From positions 9,952,629 to 10,016,628 of the forward strand of contig JARFYF010000064.1 in NCBI GenBank assembly GCA_030265395.1: 64,000 nucleotides of DNA, read 5' to 3'. The DNA is from Rhina ancylostomus (lineage: Eukaryota). The notes below the pieces were generated by a model. It saw only the letters and a program-made list of their open reading frames with translations, did not search any database and was not told the origin of the DNA. Position numbers and translations under genes: made by a program. This document shows, piece after piece, positions 35,810 to 48,985 of the stretch (position 1 is the first letter of the stretch; every line of letters starts with the position of its first letter).

Positions 35810-36204
35810 GCATGATGCTACAGTTAGTACAGCTGCTGCCTTATAGGCCCAGTAGCCCAGGTTTGATCCTGACCTCCAGTTTGCAAACACAAGAGACTGC
35901 AGATGCTGGAATGCGGAGCAGCAAACAACATGCTGGAGGAACTCAGTGGGTCAAGCAGCATCTGTGGGGAGAGGAACCATCAACGTTTTGGATCAAGACT
36001 TTGCATTGGTCCTTGTAACTATGCAGTGTTCCTCCAGGTGCTCTAGCTTCTTCCTACATCCCAAAGACATGCTGATTAGTAGGTTAATCATCCACTGTAA
36101 TTTGCCTTGAGCGGTAGAATCTAGAGGAAGTTGATGGGAATGTAGGAAGATTTAAATGGGATTAGTGAATGACTGGGATAAATATGTGCTTGATGGTCAT
36201 TGCA
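35810..36204 (+). mobile_element. HE1-type SINE interrupted by a minus-strand Penelope pLTR (~35885-36010)
   Basis: SINE head cccaggtttgatcctgacctcc, then acacaagagactgcagatgctgg...caacgttttggatcaagac, then the SINE resumes at cctacatcccaaagac. Confidence 0.75.
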
Positions 36205-37114
36205 NNNNNNNNNNNNNNNNNNNNNNNNNNNNNNNNNNNNNNNNNNNNNNNNNNNNNNNNNNNNNNNNNNNNNNNNNNNNNNNNNNNNNNNNNNNNNNNN
36301 NNNNNNNNNNNNNNNNNNNNNNNNNNNNNNNNNNNNNNNNNNNNNNNNNNNNNNNNNNNNNNNNNNNNNNNNNNNNNNNNNNNNNNNNNNNNNNNNNNNN
36401 NNNCTTACAGCAGGCTGTTTACTGACTGACTGGTTCCCTAAATCCAGCTTTGATGCTGCACATTAATCAAGGATGGACTATTTACTCTGTAATCTGCCTA
36501 AAGAACTGTGTGCCAGATGGAATCGAGGCTGCGTCAGGAAAGAGTGGCCCATTACTAATGATCTCTTTCCCATCTCTGCTAAATATTTCAACAATATTAA
36601 CTAGTAATCCTCACAGCTTCACTCCAACTCTCAATCTTCAGACGTGGGTGAACTTATCACATACTCTTTCTATATGTGTAACATTTGAGAGGCCTGGCCA
36701 GATTTTGGCACTGATCATATATGAGATACTTGTATCAGATAATGGTTCATCATACTCTGAGAGATTTATTGCAAACATTCACCAGCCCAAAAATCTAACC
36801 TGTAATCCAGGAAGGTGATCTTAAGTACCACACTGGCAGTTTAATAGCTGGAATTCAATTTAAGAGACCAGGAAATTAAGAGACTTGTTAAAAGCGTAGC
36901 TTCAGGATTGTCATAAAGTCTATTTCACTAATGCTAGTTAGGAAATGAAATCTATCATTCTTACCCAGTCCTCCAAACCCATGGAAATGGGCAATTATCA
37001 ACAGTGCTTGAAGTGGGCCACCAGGCCACTTAATTCCAGACAATAAATGACATCTCAAATGTCCACATCTCTTGACTGAATAAAAATTACATGCAATTAT
37101 TTCTTCTTTGTTCA

Positions 37115-37580
37115 TTTATGTCAGCATCAGTGACAGGGCCATTATTTGCTGTCCAAACATAATTGTCTTTGAGAAGTGGTGGTGAGTTGCCTTCTGTTCC
37201 CACTGCAGTCCTCCTGGTGAAGGTATTCCCCCAGTTCTAGGATTTCGACCCAGCGACAATGATGTAACCGAAATGTTTCCAGGTCAGGATGATGTGTGAC
37301 TTGGAGGAGAACTGCTGCCTTTGATACTCTCAATAGCAGAGATCCCAGGTTTAGGAGACACCAAGGTGAGAAACAACAATGCATTTTGTAGATGGCAAAC
37401 TGTAGCCATGGCATATCATTGGTGAAGGGAATGAATGTTTAGTGCAGTACTCTCCTGGATAGCACTAAGCTTCTTAAATGCTGTTGGAGTGATTCATCCA
37501 ACCGAGTAGATAGTATTTCTTATTCGTGCCTTGTAGATGGTGAAAAAATATTGGGGTGTTAGGTGGTGAGTCACTTGTCA
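37115..37580 (-). mobile_element. Old CR1/L2-group LINE 3' fragment
   Basis: tgagaagtggtggtgagttgccttctgttcccactgcagtcc family motif. Confidence 0.65.
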
Positions 37581-37659
37581 AAATGTAATCCAAACCATGC
37601 ATCGTTCCTGTCCTAACTCTCCATTGGATTCCCTCAGTTTTTCATTCAATTATCTTTAT

Positions 37660-38420
37660 TTTTTATTTCAAAAATAAACTTTACTCCTAAAAATATATAT
37701 ACAAGAAATACAAAAAAACAGTGTGTGGCTTTCTTTTCATTCATGGTGTCATTTAGTATATACATTCATAGTGCTATCAGTTCTATACGTTTGTAGTGTG
37801 AATGAGTTCTGTACACAGAGCACCATTGCCACTCATGTGGCCCCCTTTGGGTGATACAAACTTCTAGTGTTTGAGAGGCTTTTATACAGGGCTTAGCATC
37901 TCAATGTCTAGTGGAGGAAAGACCTTGGACTAAGTCCTTCACCACAAAACTTTTGTGTTGGCTACAGCAAGCTTCAGTGTGTCCCTTAGCACGTACTCCT
38001 GCCGCCTGGAATGTGCAGTCAGCAGCATTCCTTTATGGAGCTCTTGTTGTACTGGAAGACCAACAAATTTTAAGCAGATGAAAGAGCGTCTTTCTCCAAG
38101 GTGATGATCTTCCAGTAGCACTTGATGTCTGACTCAATATCAGAGATCACCGAATCCTTTGTTACCCAACTGCTCTGGATGAACCTTAACAAGACCCCTT
38201 GTATCCTTCTCCAGAGCTTCTTTGCAAATGCACAGTTCACAAAGAGGTGGGTGATCATCTCATCCTCATTGCAGCCATCCCAAGGGCAGCATGTGTTGTA
38301 AGTGAGAATCTAACCATGCAGGAAGAATCTGACAGACAGAGCCCCTCTCGCTGCCAGCCAAGCAAGGTCTTGATGCTTGTTGGTGAGTTCTGGTGATGAC
38401 ACATTCTGCCAGATGGTTTT
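37660..38420 (-). mobile_element. Tx1/L1-group LINE 3' end with zf-RVT zinc knuckle
   Basis: The minus strand gives C.WDGC.ED..ITHLFVNCAFAKKLW...CYWKIIT..KDAL and AHSRRQEYVLRD.LKL (frameshifted), ending near aataaa and an A-rich tail at ~37660-37700. Confidence 0.8.
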
Positions 38421-38666
38421 GGCGGTTTACTCAGGGAACCATCCCACATCATTTAATGAACCATGGCCAGCCACACACTGATCTTACACTTCAATTAGTT
38501 TCTTCAAATCAGGTCTGGCCAATCCCAAACCCTCTTCCAACACATCACCCTGACTATACTTTTGGGAAAGGTAGCATTAATTAAATCTATCTTTATACCA
38601 CTTGTTTGGTTTTACCTCTGAGTGTTACTCAGGTTGATTAAAATCTGCCTTTTTCATTGTCTCCAG

Positions 38667-38796
38667 AGACAATATTGTCTGTTAATGGCTTAGGAAAAAT
38701 AGAGTGCATAGGTTTTCTGGGATTACAGGAGATGGATTTCATTTTAGAAGGCTGGAACACCCTCTTTAAGACCTCACACTTCCTCCACAATGAGAG
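38667..38796 (+). other. Candidate 130-nt exon, product unrecognised
   Basis: Acceptor ctttttcattgtctccag, donor GAG|gtaaat. Single open frame TILSVNGLGKIECIGFLGLQEMDFILEGWNTLFKTSHFLHNE. Confidence 0.25.
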
Positions 38797-39236
38797 GTAA
38801 ATGAGCAGATCGGAAACCCCATTTGTTCTCTTCCTAATGATTAGCATGCCTTGAGGAAAAAAACACTGTTTGTTGAATTATTTTTAATTGTTCATTCATT
38901 TGTCTTGGCATGAACTTCAGTGAATCAAATGAATTACAAACAAAGCTTTGCATTTATTGAGTTATATATTTACACAGCTCCTCATCACAATTCTCAGAAA
39001 CTCACAGACGTCTCAGATGTATCAAGTTACTTTGAAATGCACTGATTGTAGTTACAAGAACATCAGCCCAGCAAGCGTTCACAAACAGGAGTGAGATAAA
39101 TTAATGGATAATTCATTTTAGCTGCTGGTTGAGCGATAAATAGTCAGGACAAAAGAGATTCTTCCCTACACTTTGTCAAATGGTGTGTGAGGAGCATTTA
39201 CACCCAACTGCGAGAGTAAAAAAAACCCTTGGCTTT

Positions 39237-39547
39237 AATTGGTTGGTTTATTTTTATTGTCACATGTACAAAGATATAGTAAAAAACTTTGTTTTGCATG
39301 TCATCCATACAGATCATTTCACTATAACAGTGCATTGAGGTAGTACAAGGGGAAAGAATAACAGAATGCCGAATAAAGTGTTACAGTGAAAGTGCGGTGC
39401 AGGTCATCTATAAGGTGCAAGGCCATAACGAGGTAGACTTTGAGGTCAAGAGTCCATCTTATCGTACTAGGAGACCGTTCAATAGTCTGAAAAGCTGTCC
39501 TTGAGCCTGATGGTAGATGCTTTCAGCCTTTTGTATTTTCTGCCTCC
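39237..39547 (-). mobile_element. LINE 3' end (Rex/Babar-like)
   Basis: Closely similar to 23497-23727, extending to aagctgtccttgagcctgatggt. Confidence 0.6.
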
Positions 39548-40037
39548 CTTTTAGGATCTTATTTGAAAGATAGTGCAATCTTGGTACTATACCTCTGATG
39601 GTCGAACACTACCCTTCATACATTATGGTCCAGCCCCTTTGATGGTGTGGATGTCCCTCAGTGCTGATAATCAAAGGTTCCTTTATTTCTGCTGCTCTCA
39701 GAGTGCACCATGCCTGTATTGTCTCTCTGACTCTGTAGTTGACCCTAAAAAATAAATCAGTGTTCCCTCAGTGTGGTCTCTCTGCCCATGTGGCACTCCC
39801 TCATTGCTGCCTACCTGAGGTATTGCTCAGTACTGCTCCTTCAACTATGAATCACTCCTGCAGTATTGCTTCATTAGATAGGAGTACTACTCCCGCAGAA
39901 TTATCCTGAAGGTCTCCCAATACCACTATTCTGATTGTGCCTCATTAACTCCATGATACCTCTCCAACAGTGTAGCTTTCTCTCGGTACCACCACTTAGT
40001 GTGTGCAGTACTTTCTCAGTCCTCACAGTGCAATGTT

Positions 40038-40440
40038 ACCATAGAACCATAGAACCATAGAACAATACAGCATAACACAGGCCCTTCGGCCCACCATGTT
40101 GTGCCACCCAGCAAACCACACCTCACACTATCTAACCCTTTCCTCCCGCATTTCCCTCTATCCCACATTCCTCCATATGCCTATCCAANNNNNNNNNNNN
40201 NNNNNNNNNNNNNNNNNNNNNNNNNNNNNNNNNNNNNNNNNNNNNNNNNNNNNNNNNNNNNNNNNNNNNNNNNNNNNNNNNNNNNNNNTTCTTCCCCTGA
40301 CCTACTCCTCCGGTTCCCTCCCCCCTCACAAACTACTTTAAACCCTCCTGAACCACCCAAGCAAACCTAGCCACAAGGATATTGGCCCCCTTCTGGTTTG
40401 GGTGTAACCCATCCTCTCTGTACAGGTCATGTTCCTTCAG
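40038..40440 (-). mobile_element. CR1 3' tail and ORF1 esterase fragment
   Basis: (accataga)3 terminal microsatellite. After the gap, LYREDGLHPNQKGANILVARF matches the SGNH-esterase DGLH motif of CR1 ORF1. Confidence 0.8.
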
Positions 40441-41599
40441 AACTTCCCCTCTGACAGAGCAGTACTCCCCCAGATGTACCCAGCACAGCACAACCTCAGC
40501 ACCACCCCTCCAACTGTGCAACATCCTCTCAGAAATCTCCTCTGAAAGTGCAGCACCTCCTCAGTGCTGCTCCTTCTGCAATGTAGCACACGCTTGGAGC
40601 AGCCGTTCCAGCAATGCTGTGCTGCAGTGGAGTGTAGCTTAGATGTTGCACATCTATGAAACTGGGTTTGAATTGACAACCAGGAAGCCCAATGAGCTGA
40701 ACTCTGCAAGAAATACTCTCAGCTCCCCTTTTAGTGTTACTTAGCGGTGAGGATTAAGTGAGGATGTGGATGCAGTACAGTGAGGTGTTTAAATTCATTG
40801 CTATCTCATTGTAAATGAATGTAGAAAGCTGTTTTATCACTTGTTATGTTCCAGAGTTTATGATGGATCATTCTAATCAGCATGCAAATTTTTGAGCAGC
40901 AGATTTAAAAATAGGCACGTATCGATGTACCAACTAATCAGCTGAATATATTACCCTCATCAATGACACCATTCCTAAGAACAATTCCAAATCATTTCTG
41001 CTTTTCATTAAGCAATAATACCATGTCATACAGATCAGTATGCTCACTGTAGATCAGAAAATTGGAATAATAGTTGGGAAAACAGGCAATTGTCTCCATC
41101 TTCCTCAAATTTAACACATCGATGTTAGTGTGCAGTTAATTAGCTCTGATTATTATGCAAATCATCTTATTAATATGCATGCATATGCTAAAGATGTTCA
41201 ATATATTTAGATTCCATCCTCTCATATTCCCTGCAAGCCTCTGGATAATTATTGATACAGTTTAGCAGATATTATTTCCAGATGATTAAATAAAGCTAAT
41301 CATAATGTAGATTTACACTTAATTAACTTTTAAGATTATGATTATATTTCACCGTGCAATTTGCAGCACTTTACAAAGGGGAAGCTGACAGTTGTGGCTT
41401 CCTAACCAGACAGGATTTCTGACAGAGGCACGACTATGGGATCTCAAAGCTGCTACTCCATTAATGGGTTTCACTGTTCTCCAAATGAAAAACATTGAGG
41501 GGTTCACCCCATTCTGAACCATGATTATCAAGGGAATCTTTCATGAGAAATGGATCTTCCTCAACCCACTCATTGTATCTTGTCTGAGATGAACAGAGT

Positions 41600-42430
41600 T
41601 GTAAAGTGCAGAAATGGGCCCTTCAACCAATTATATTCATGCCAGCCTTTTTGCCCATCTACACTAATCAGATTTGCTGTCATTAGGTCTACATCCTTCT
41701 ATGCCTTGCCTATTCAAGTGCCTGGCTAAATGTCTTTGAAATGTAGTAATTGTGTCTGATTCACCACTTCCTCTGATAGCATGTTCCAGATGTCAACAAT
41801 TCTCTGTGTGAGAAAACTTACCCCTCAGATCCCCTTTAAAACTCAATCCTCCCACTTTAAACCTATGCTCTCTTGTTTGTGATTACTCTACAATGTGTAA
41901 ATGATTCTGACAATCTACTCTATGCCTCATAATTTTATATACCTCTTTCAGATCACCCATCAGCCTCATGCACTCCATGGAAAACAAGCCCAGCTTATCC
42001 AATCTCTCCCCATAACTAAAATCTTGCAATNNNNNNNNNNNNNNNNNNNNNNNNNNCTGCACTTTCACCATCGCAACCACACCCTTCCTATGGTGTGGCA
42101 ACCAGAACTGCACACAGTACTCCAAGTGTAGTCTAACTATTGTTTTGTAAGGTTTTGTAACATAATGTCCCAACTTTTATATTCAATGCTCTGACCTATG
42201 AAGGCAAGCATGCCATATGCCTTTTTCCCCAACCTATCTACCTATTTTGCCACTTTCACCAAATTATGAATCCCAAGGTCCTCTGTTCATCAGTGTTCCT
42301 TAGTACCCGACCATTTACTGTATGTGTCCTACCCTATTTGATTTTCCGAAGTGCATCACCTCGGGCATCAGGATTAAATTCCATCTGCCAATGCTCCATT
42401 CAACTTTCCATTTGATCCATATCCTGCTCT
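41600..42430 (-). mobile_element. CR1 LINE ORF2 3' region
   Basis: YKTIVRLHLEYCVQFWLPHHRK...SYGERLDKLGLFSME..RLMGDLKEVYKIM. Confidence 0.9.
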
Positions 42431-43699
42431 TGCAGTGTGGGTCTGCATGGAAGGTTAGGCTGTATGAATCATTGACTTCAACTGTCAATAGAACTTATTT
42501 ATTAGGATGTGGAATACAACTGAAAATAAAATTCTGACCACCCTGAGAAGGTGATGCTGCACCTTCATGTCAACCAGGAAAGGAAATTGATTCAACTGAA
42601 TGCCTGGCTAAGCCAGTTCAGAGTGAACTACACTGGTTTGAGACTGGAAAGACATATACTGTAGGTCTGGACCAGGTAGACTGCATTGCCTAAAGGACAT
42701 TAATGAACTAGTTAAGATCCTATCATAATCCAGCAGCTTTGAGGTCACCTTTGCAGTTTTATTGATTTTAGCATCTTTCGTAAAACGGAATTCAAACAGC
42801 TGTGATGGGAATTGAGCATATATTTTCTGATTTTGTGGGCAGACTTAAGGATAATTAGTGCCACTTCATTACTGTGGTACTAGTTGGAGTAGTTTCTCTG
42901 GATGCACAGGTGTAGAGGTGAAAGCAGTTCCACTGAGGGTGTCAGGGGATGTCTCTAATTCAATACTTGTACCTGAATGCTGGCACAGACCCAGAAGACT
43001 AGAGTTATGTTGTGGTGTATATGGGCTCCTGTCTCTACCTTCACTCAGTCTTCACGGACACTGAGAAGTAGTGATGGAAGATTCCCATACAGCGGACACA
43101 GGTGGAAACCTGNNNNNNNNNNNNNNNNNNNNNNNNNNNNNNNNNNNNNNNNNNNNNNNNNNNNNNNNNNNNNNNNNNNNNNNNNNNNNNNNNNNNNNNN
43201 NNNNNNNNNNNNCCTGATGAATAAGCAATTTTATCTCTAAACAAAAGCACTTCATGAATGGGTATGGGAAGGTTATGATCACTGTTTCAGAATGTAGGTT
43301 AAGCACTGGGAATACCTCCAAGTGCCGTCGTTGTAACTGCATAACATTAAAATTGCAATTCAAAAATAGATTGCTATTAAATATCATAGTAACTACGAAG
43401 TAATGCCACAAAATGAAATGCTAAGTAATAGATCATAGGTAATAATGGTGGTAACTCTAGTGCAGTACTGAAGGGGTGCTGAACTATCAAAGATAATAGA
43501 ACTTAATGTGAAATTAAACCAGGACTTTGTTTACCTTTCTCTGCGGATTGTACTACTCAAAGAGTTGGAGGTTCTGCAAATGTTCAAGACTACAGTTTTC
43601 TGCCAGCAGAAAAGATGACCTGTACGTATCTCATTGTTGTCAGTAGGATCTTGCAGTTCATTAGATCGCTGTCACATATTCATCCACGAAACACCAGTA

Positions 43700-46260
43700 A
43701 CAACTCTGTCCAAAAACCTGTGTACCACTTCTTTGAAAGCCTTCTGAAAGTCCAAATACACCATGTCCACTAGTTCCCTTGTACCTATTCTGCTTGTTAT
43801 CACCTCAAAAAACTCTTAAGATTTTTTGATCACAATTTTCCTTTCACATATCCGTGATGACTCTGCCTCATCATACTTTTATTTTCCTAAAGGCACTGCC
43901 ACCACTTCCTTAATAATATGTTTCAATATTTCTGTCTTTATTGATATCAGGTCAATGATATATTTTTCCCTGCTTTCTCAGCCCTGTTCATACCCAAACA
44001 GTGGTATGCATTTGCTACTGTCCATTATGTAGGAACTGTTCAATAGAGTTTTGAAAAATGACAACCTGATATCCACTACCTTCACAGTTACCCCTTTTAA
44101 ACCTGGGAAGATAGGTCAACGGATCCAGGGGATTTATGAGCTTTCAGTCTCATTAACAATTGCAATACTTTTTTTCAATTAATGCAAATTTCTTTCAACA
44201 CTTTATTCACTCTAGTCTTCTTGTTCTTCACTATTTTGGGGAGATTCCCTATGGTCTTCCATGAAGACAGATGCAAATTTAATTTCCCTACCTTTATTCC
44301 TCAGCATAATTCCTCTTGCCTCAGTTTGTAAGGGACCCACCCACAATAGCTTTAGCTGGCCTTTTCCTTTATCTATAGAATCTTCTACAGTTTGTTTCAT
44401 TCTTAATGTCATATTCTACTTTCCTTATCATTTTTTTATTCTCAGCCTTTAAAGAAATCTGAAATGTTCATATTCCTCAGACTTACTTCTCTTTTTGCCA
44501 ATATTATTAGCCCTGTACAATCTTTAATTTTTCTTGTTGGATCATTTATTCTGCGGAGTTTTGTGCCATAAAGGGGGAGATAGCTACTGAAACAATATGT
44601 TAGTTCTTCAAATGTTAGTCATTGCTCGTTTACTCTCACACATTTTAATGTACTTGCCCAGTCGAGCAGAGCCTTATAACCTCCAAAGTTTACTTTGTTT
44701 ACATTTCAGAACCTGAATGCAGATTGAACTAAATCAATCTTTATATGAAATTTTATCATAATGTGATCACTCTTCCTTCAAGGTTCCTTAACTTCCAGAT
44801 TATGAACTAGTTGTGGTGATGCAGAAGTTATTGCTGCTACCTCACAACTCTGGAGACTGGGATTCGATTCTGTCCTCCAGTGCTGTTAGAGTGAAGTTTA
44901 CACATTCATCCTGCAACCATGCAGATTTCCTCTGGTGCTCCAGAGGTTAACTTCTTAGTGTAGGTAATAATCAAAAAGGGAAATTTGTGTACATGTGAGA
45001 GGGAGTAAGTCGCAGGGCTACTGGGAAATAAGGAGGGGGAATGGGACTAATGGGATTGCTCTGCTGGGACCCAGCATGGACTTGGGCTAAATGGCCTCCT
45101 TCGGTGTTGTAATGTTAACCCTTTCTCATTTTATAATAGTAAATCTAAAATAACCTGTACCTTCATTGGTTTCCCCAACCTAAATGGCCCAGAAGACTTC
45201 TTCTTATATATTGCATGAATTTGTATCTACACCTTTACTGCTAATTTATTTTCCCAAGGCAACATGCAGTTTAAAGATCCCATGATTATTGTAATACCCT
45301 GGTAAATAGGTCACTGACTTCCAGAATCCTCACGTCACTAGGGGCCTATTAAAAAGCTTTTATCTACTACAGCACTAGTTGAATAACTAGAGCTGTAGTA
45401 GATAAAAACTCACGAGAACTACCCTCTCACTAGAACTCCAGTCCCAGGCCAATCCCAATTAAACATCTCCTTATTTTACCAGTTTTGATACCAATATTCT
45501 ATAAACTGAAAGCCATTTCTCCCACACCACTCTGAGCCAAGTATCACCTCTCTGATTTATTGCTCTTAGACCTTATGCCAACTTGTTTGTGACTCATGCA
45601 ATAATCCAGAATTTATTACCTTTGTGGTTTGGTTTTCTGATTTGGACCCAACTGTTCACATTCCTTCAGCAGAACCTTCTTTTTTGATCTGTCACTGCTG
45701 ATGGTTCTAAATGGTTGCTTCCCTCCCACACCAAGTTCCTCTTCATCCTTGTTGATGTGCCCCTAATTCTGGCATCAGGCAAGAAACACAACTTTCAGGA
45801 CTCACACTCACAGCTGTGGAGAACAGTATTTACCCTCTGAACTATACTGCTCCTATCACTAATACATTCTTTTTACTGCTTCCCCCCTCGCTCAGTTTGA
45901 ATGGCCCCCTGAATCATGGTGCTATGGTCAGTTGGCTCATTGACTATGCAGTATCTGCTCTCATCCACACAGGTTGCAAGAATTGCTTACCTGTTGGACA
46001 AGTGAGGATCCTCCAACACTAGCTTTTGGATCTACCCCATACCTGCCTCACTTGTGGTCAGGAAAAGAAATGTGACTGCCTCCTGGAACAAAATATCCAA
46101 GTAATTTTATCCCTCCATGATACATCCCAGCTTCTGAATCTGCAACTCCAGCTCAGTAACTCTAACCCAAACTTCCCTGCATTATAGGCACACTCTGCGG
46201 ATGGAGAACACTGGCTTCCATTGGCTCCCAATTGCAACACATTACCTGCCATTCCTGTCT
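43700..46260 (-). mobile_element. Old CR1 LINE body (ORF2 linker to ORF1) with a nested HE1-type SINE (~44810-45110)
   Basis: VGPLQTEARGIMLRNK...FASVFMED (CR1 linker motif). SINE head gctgctacctcacaactctggagactgggattcgattctg. Confidence 0.6.
45355..45410. repeat. Near-perfect inverted repeat (hairpin)
   Basis: ttttatctactacagcActagtt - gaat - aactagAgctgtagtagataaaa: 23-bp arms, one mismatch, 4-nt loop. Confidence 0.95.
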
Positions 46261-46639
46261 TAGTTTAATCAGTTTATTTTATTAATTAATTTACTTCTTA
46301 AAATATAGAATAGCACTATTGATCTTACCAAAGTCCCTTACTTACAAAGTCTACGATATTTAGGCACTGCACTCTATATGCTGTGCTAAAACACACAGTA
46401 CCTTACCTGAACCCACAGCCTTGTATTTCCATTTACTCTCTGTCAGCGGAGCTGCTCTCATAGACCGGTGGCTACAGTATAGGACCCACTCAGGCCGACT
46501 TCATTAAAACTACCTTTCATATCTGTTTCTAATTTAAATCCTGTTGGAAGAGAGAGATTTTGTTGCATCTTGAATGTCACCTCTCAATCTCTTGCAAATG
46601 GATCTATTTCCTCCATTGAATAAGAACCCAGTGAAAGTG

Positions 46640-46850
46640 ATCTCTCCTCTCTCGTGTGTGCCTATCTTCTCCAGTGTATCACCTCCTCTCTATCCTTTCA
46701 CTGGGTGACCTGTCCAATGTGTGATCTTCTCCAATGTATGACCCTGTCCTCCAGTGTGTGACATTCACCTCCACTGTGTGATCCTGCCCTTCAGTGTATG
46801 ACCTTGTCCTCCAGTGTATGTAACCTCTATCCTCCAGCACATCTGATCTC
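46640..46850. repeat. Degenerate ~20-21-bp tandem repeat
   Basis: Recurrent ctccagtgtgtga(c/t)c(ct)nt units. Confidence 0.7.
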
Positions 46851-47369
46851 ACTTTAACTCTATTTAATAGGGCATTTATAATTATCTCCTGTATAAAATT
46901 GCTAGAGTCATGCTTCAAAAGAATTTATCTCTTGTCCAACAAGGCATTAGAGTCCTGTTTAACAGATGCATTTCTCTCCTCTGCAGAGTTTTGCTCCAGT
47001 TCCTACATTTCTGAGGAAAAAAAACAGTATCTTCTTGCATTAACAACACATAATTCTCAGGATGTTGCACAGGAGTTATCAGTGAGATGAAATCTGCCTC
47101 AGCTCTAAACCAGTGTCAGCTTTAATACGATCAAATACAGAATACCCAAGAGTCATAGTGAAATTCTGTTTGCAAAGCTTTATTCAAACAGTTAGAGGTA
47201 ATCCTTACCCGATTGTAGCAACTTGTTGAATCAGCTGTGAAGTTCTTGTCCACTGTATCCAATGAATTTGCAGGGATGGGAATGGGTAAAGATAATCATG
47301 AGCAGGAGCACTTTGATCTCTAACATTGGCTGTGGATGAAGATGGAAGAATCATGGCAAACTCGGCATT

Positions 47370-47620
47370 TTTCATGAGTAAAGTGGCAGTACCAACAAAC
47401 CGCATGTAACATCAGAAAACTTCCCAAGGTAATTCAGGAGGGTAACTTTGGAATAAACTGAAGCCAGGTTTGAAGACAGGAGAGCAAAAGCTCTGTTAAA
47501 TAGGGCAGGTTTTAATGAGGATCTTAAAGGAGGAAAGAAAGGTGAAGAGGTGTAAAGGTTAATGAAGAGAATTCCAGAGATTTGAATCCAGATGTTGGCT
47601 GCCAATAGTGGAGCAATGGA
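47370..47620 (-). mobile_element. L2-like LINE 3' fragment
   Basis: gaggatcttaaaggaggaaagaaagg...gagaattccagag; similar to 58050-58510. Confidence 0.5.
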
Positions 47621-47844
47621 AGATGTAGTTAAATGAGGTCATGAACTCCAGGGTGCAGAGGACATTGATACTGCTCAAATTTCTCTCATTTATGTCAATT
47701 TCAAAGAACAAATATAAAAGATTTTAATCTTGACAACATCCCAAAAGGTCTGATGGTAATAAATTGTTCAGATGATCAAAAAATTCAACTGAGGCATAGG
47801 TCTAAGCCAGGCAGTACAAACAGTTCAAATTTGTCTTTATACAA

Positions 47845-48985
47845 GAGAAAACTGCTGTGGATTTTGGGAATCAGAAATAAAAGCATAAAATGCTGGAAGC
47901 AGGTCAGGTGATGTCTATAGAGAGAGAAACAAAGCTAATGTTTCAGTTCCATGACCTTACATCGGAGTTGGGAATAGTTAGGAATAAATGTTTCACAATG
48001 CAGAGAAAGGGGGAAGAGGAAGATCTGGGACTGGATAGAAGCAGAAGGTCTACGACAGTGTTGGGGAATTGTGCAAGGTGAAAGAAGGTGGTCATAGGGA
48101 ACAGGATTCTGCTACCATCATCCCTCTCTTCCCCAAGACTCTTCCCATGTATACATAGGAGATACAACTCCTTTAAACTCCTCCTTTCCATTGTCAAGGG
48201 CATTAAGTTCTCCTCTTGCACGAAGCAGCAGCAATTTGATGTACCGCTGCTCACATTGTGAGCTCCTCTGTGTGGAAGAGACAAAAAGCAGATTGGCTTG
48301 CACTTTGTGGAACACTCCTGTTCACTCTGCAAGCATGGCCCTGGGCTTCCAGCCACCTGGCACTTCAGCCTGCCTCATCCATTCTGTTCTCTTGGTCTTC
48401 AGCCTCCTGAACAATTCTGACAAAACTCCAGGAACTGTTGTCCTGATGCAAGGTTTTGACCCGGAACATCAACAATTCCTTTCCTTCCCCCCACCCCCCA
48501 CAGAAGCTGCCCTCCCTACCTGCTGAGTTCCTACAGCCGGTTGTTTTTTGCTCCAGCTTCCAGCATCTGCAACCTCTTGTGTCTTCAAGGAAGTGCACTT
48601 CATCTTCCCACCAGGCATGTTGTGGTCTCCGAACTCACACTGAGTTCAACACTGGCAGATGATCAGCATTTCCAGTATTTTTGGTTCAGGTTTCCAGCAT
48701 TCATTCCACATTTGCTTGGTAATTCCAGACAATTAGTCTCATTTATATCTCCTCCAGAATAATCCTTTGTTCTTTAAAACCTTTTTTTAAACCTTAATGC
48801 ATCATCCTCTTTGTCATTTAATCTCTCTTGCCTTCATCCAATCATGAAACTCCCTTTTGTTCCTTTTCTCCCCCTTCCTTTTCCCTGCATCTTAAAATGT
48901 CTTCTTACTCAATCCTGCTTCCCTCTCCATGGGTGCTGTCTGACCTGTAGGTTGTTTCCAGCATTTTCTGGTTTTAATTCAACAT
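47845..48985 (+). mobile_element. Penelope-like element with inverted 5' pLTR, GIY-YIG remnant and a nested second pLTR (~48430-48585)
   Basis: SSNLMYRCSHCELLCVEETKSRL (decayed GIY-YIG, consensus-like SNLVYCIRC..C.LLYIGETKRRL). The end motif ctgtctgacctg...tttccagcattttctg mirrors 47850-47965. Confidence 0.75.

Larger units (their letters stand above)
38945..40700 (-). mobile_element. SacSINE1/Deu-type SINE inflated by an internal degenerate 33-bp array and two nested LINEs
   Basis: SINE 3' part at ~38945-39237. Decayed cactccctcagtactg units at ~39570-40035 and 40440-40625. SINE 5' part (gtggagtgtagcttagat) from ~40627. Confidence 0.6.
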
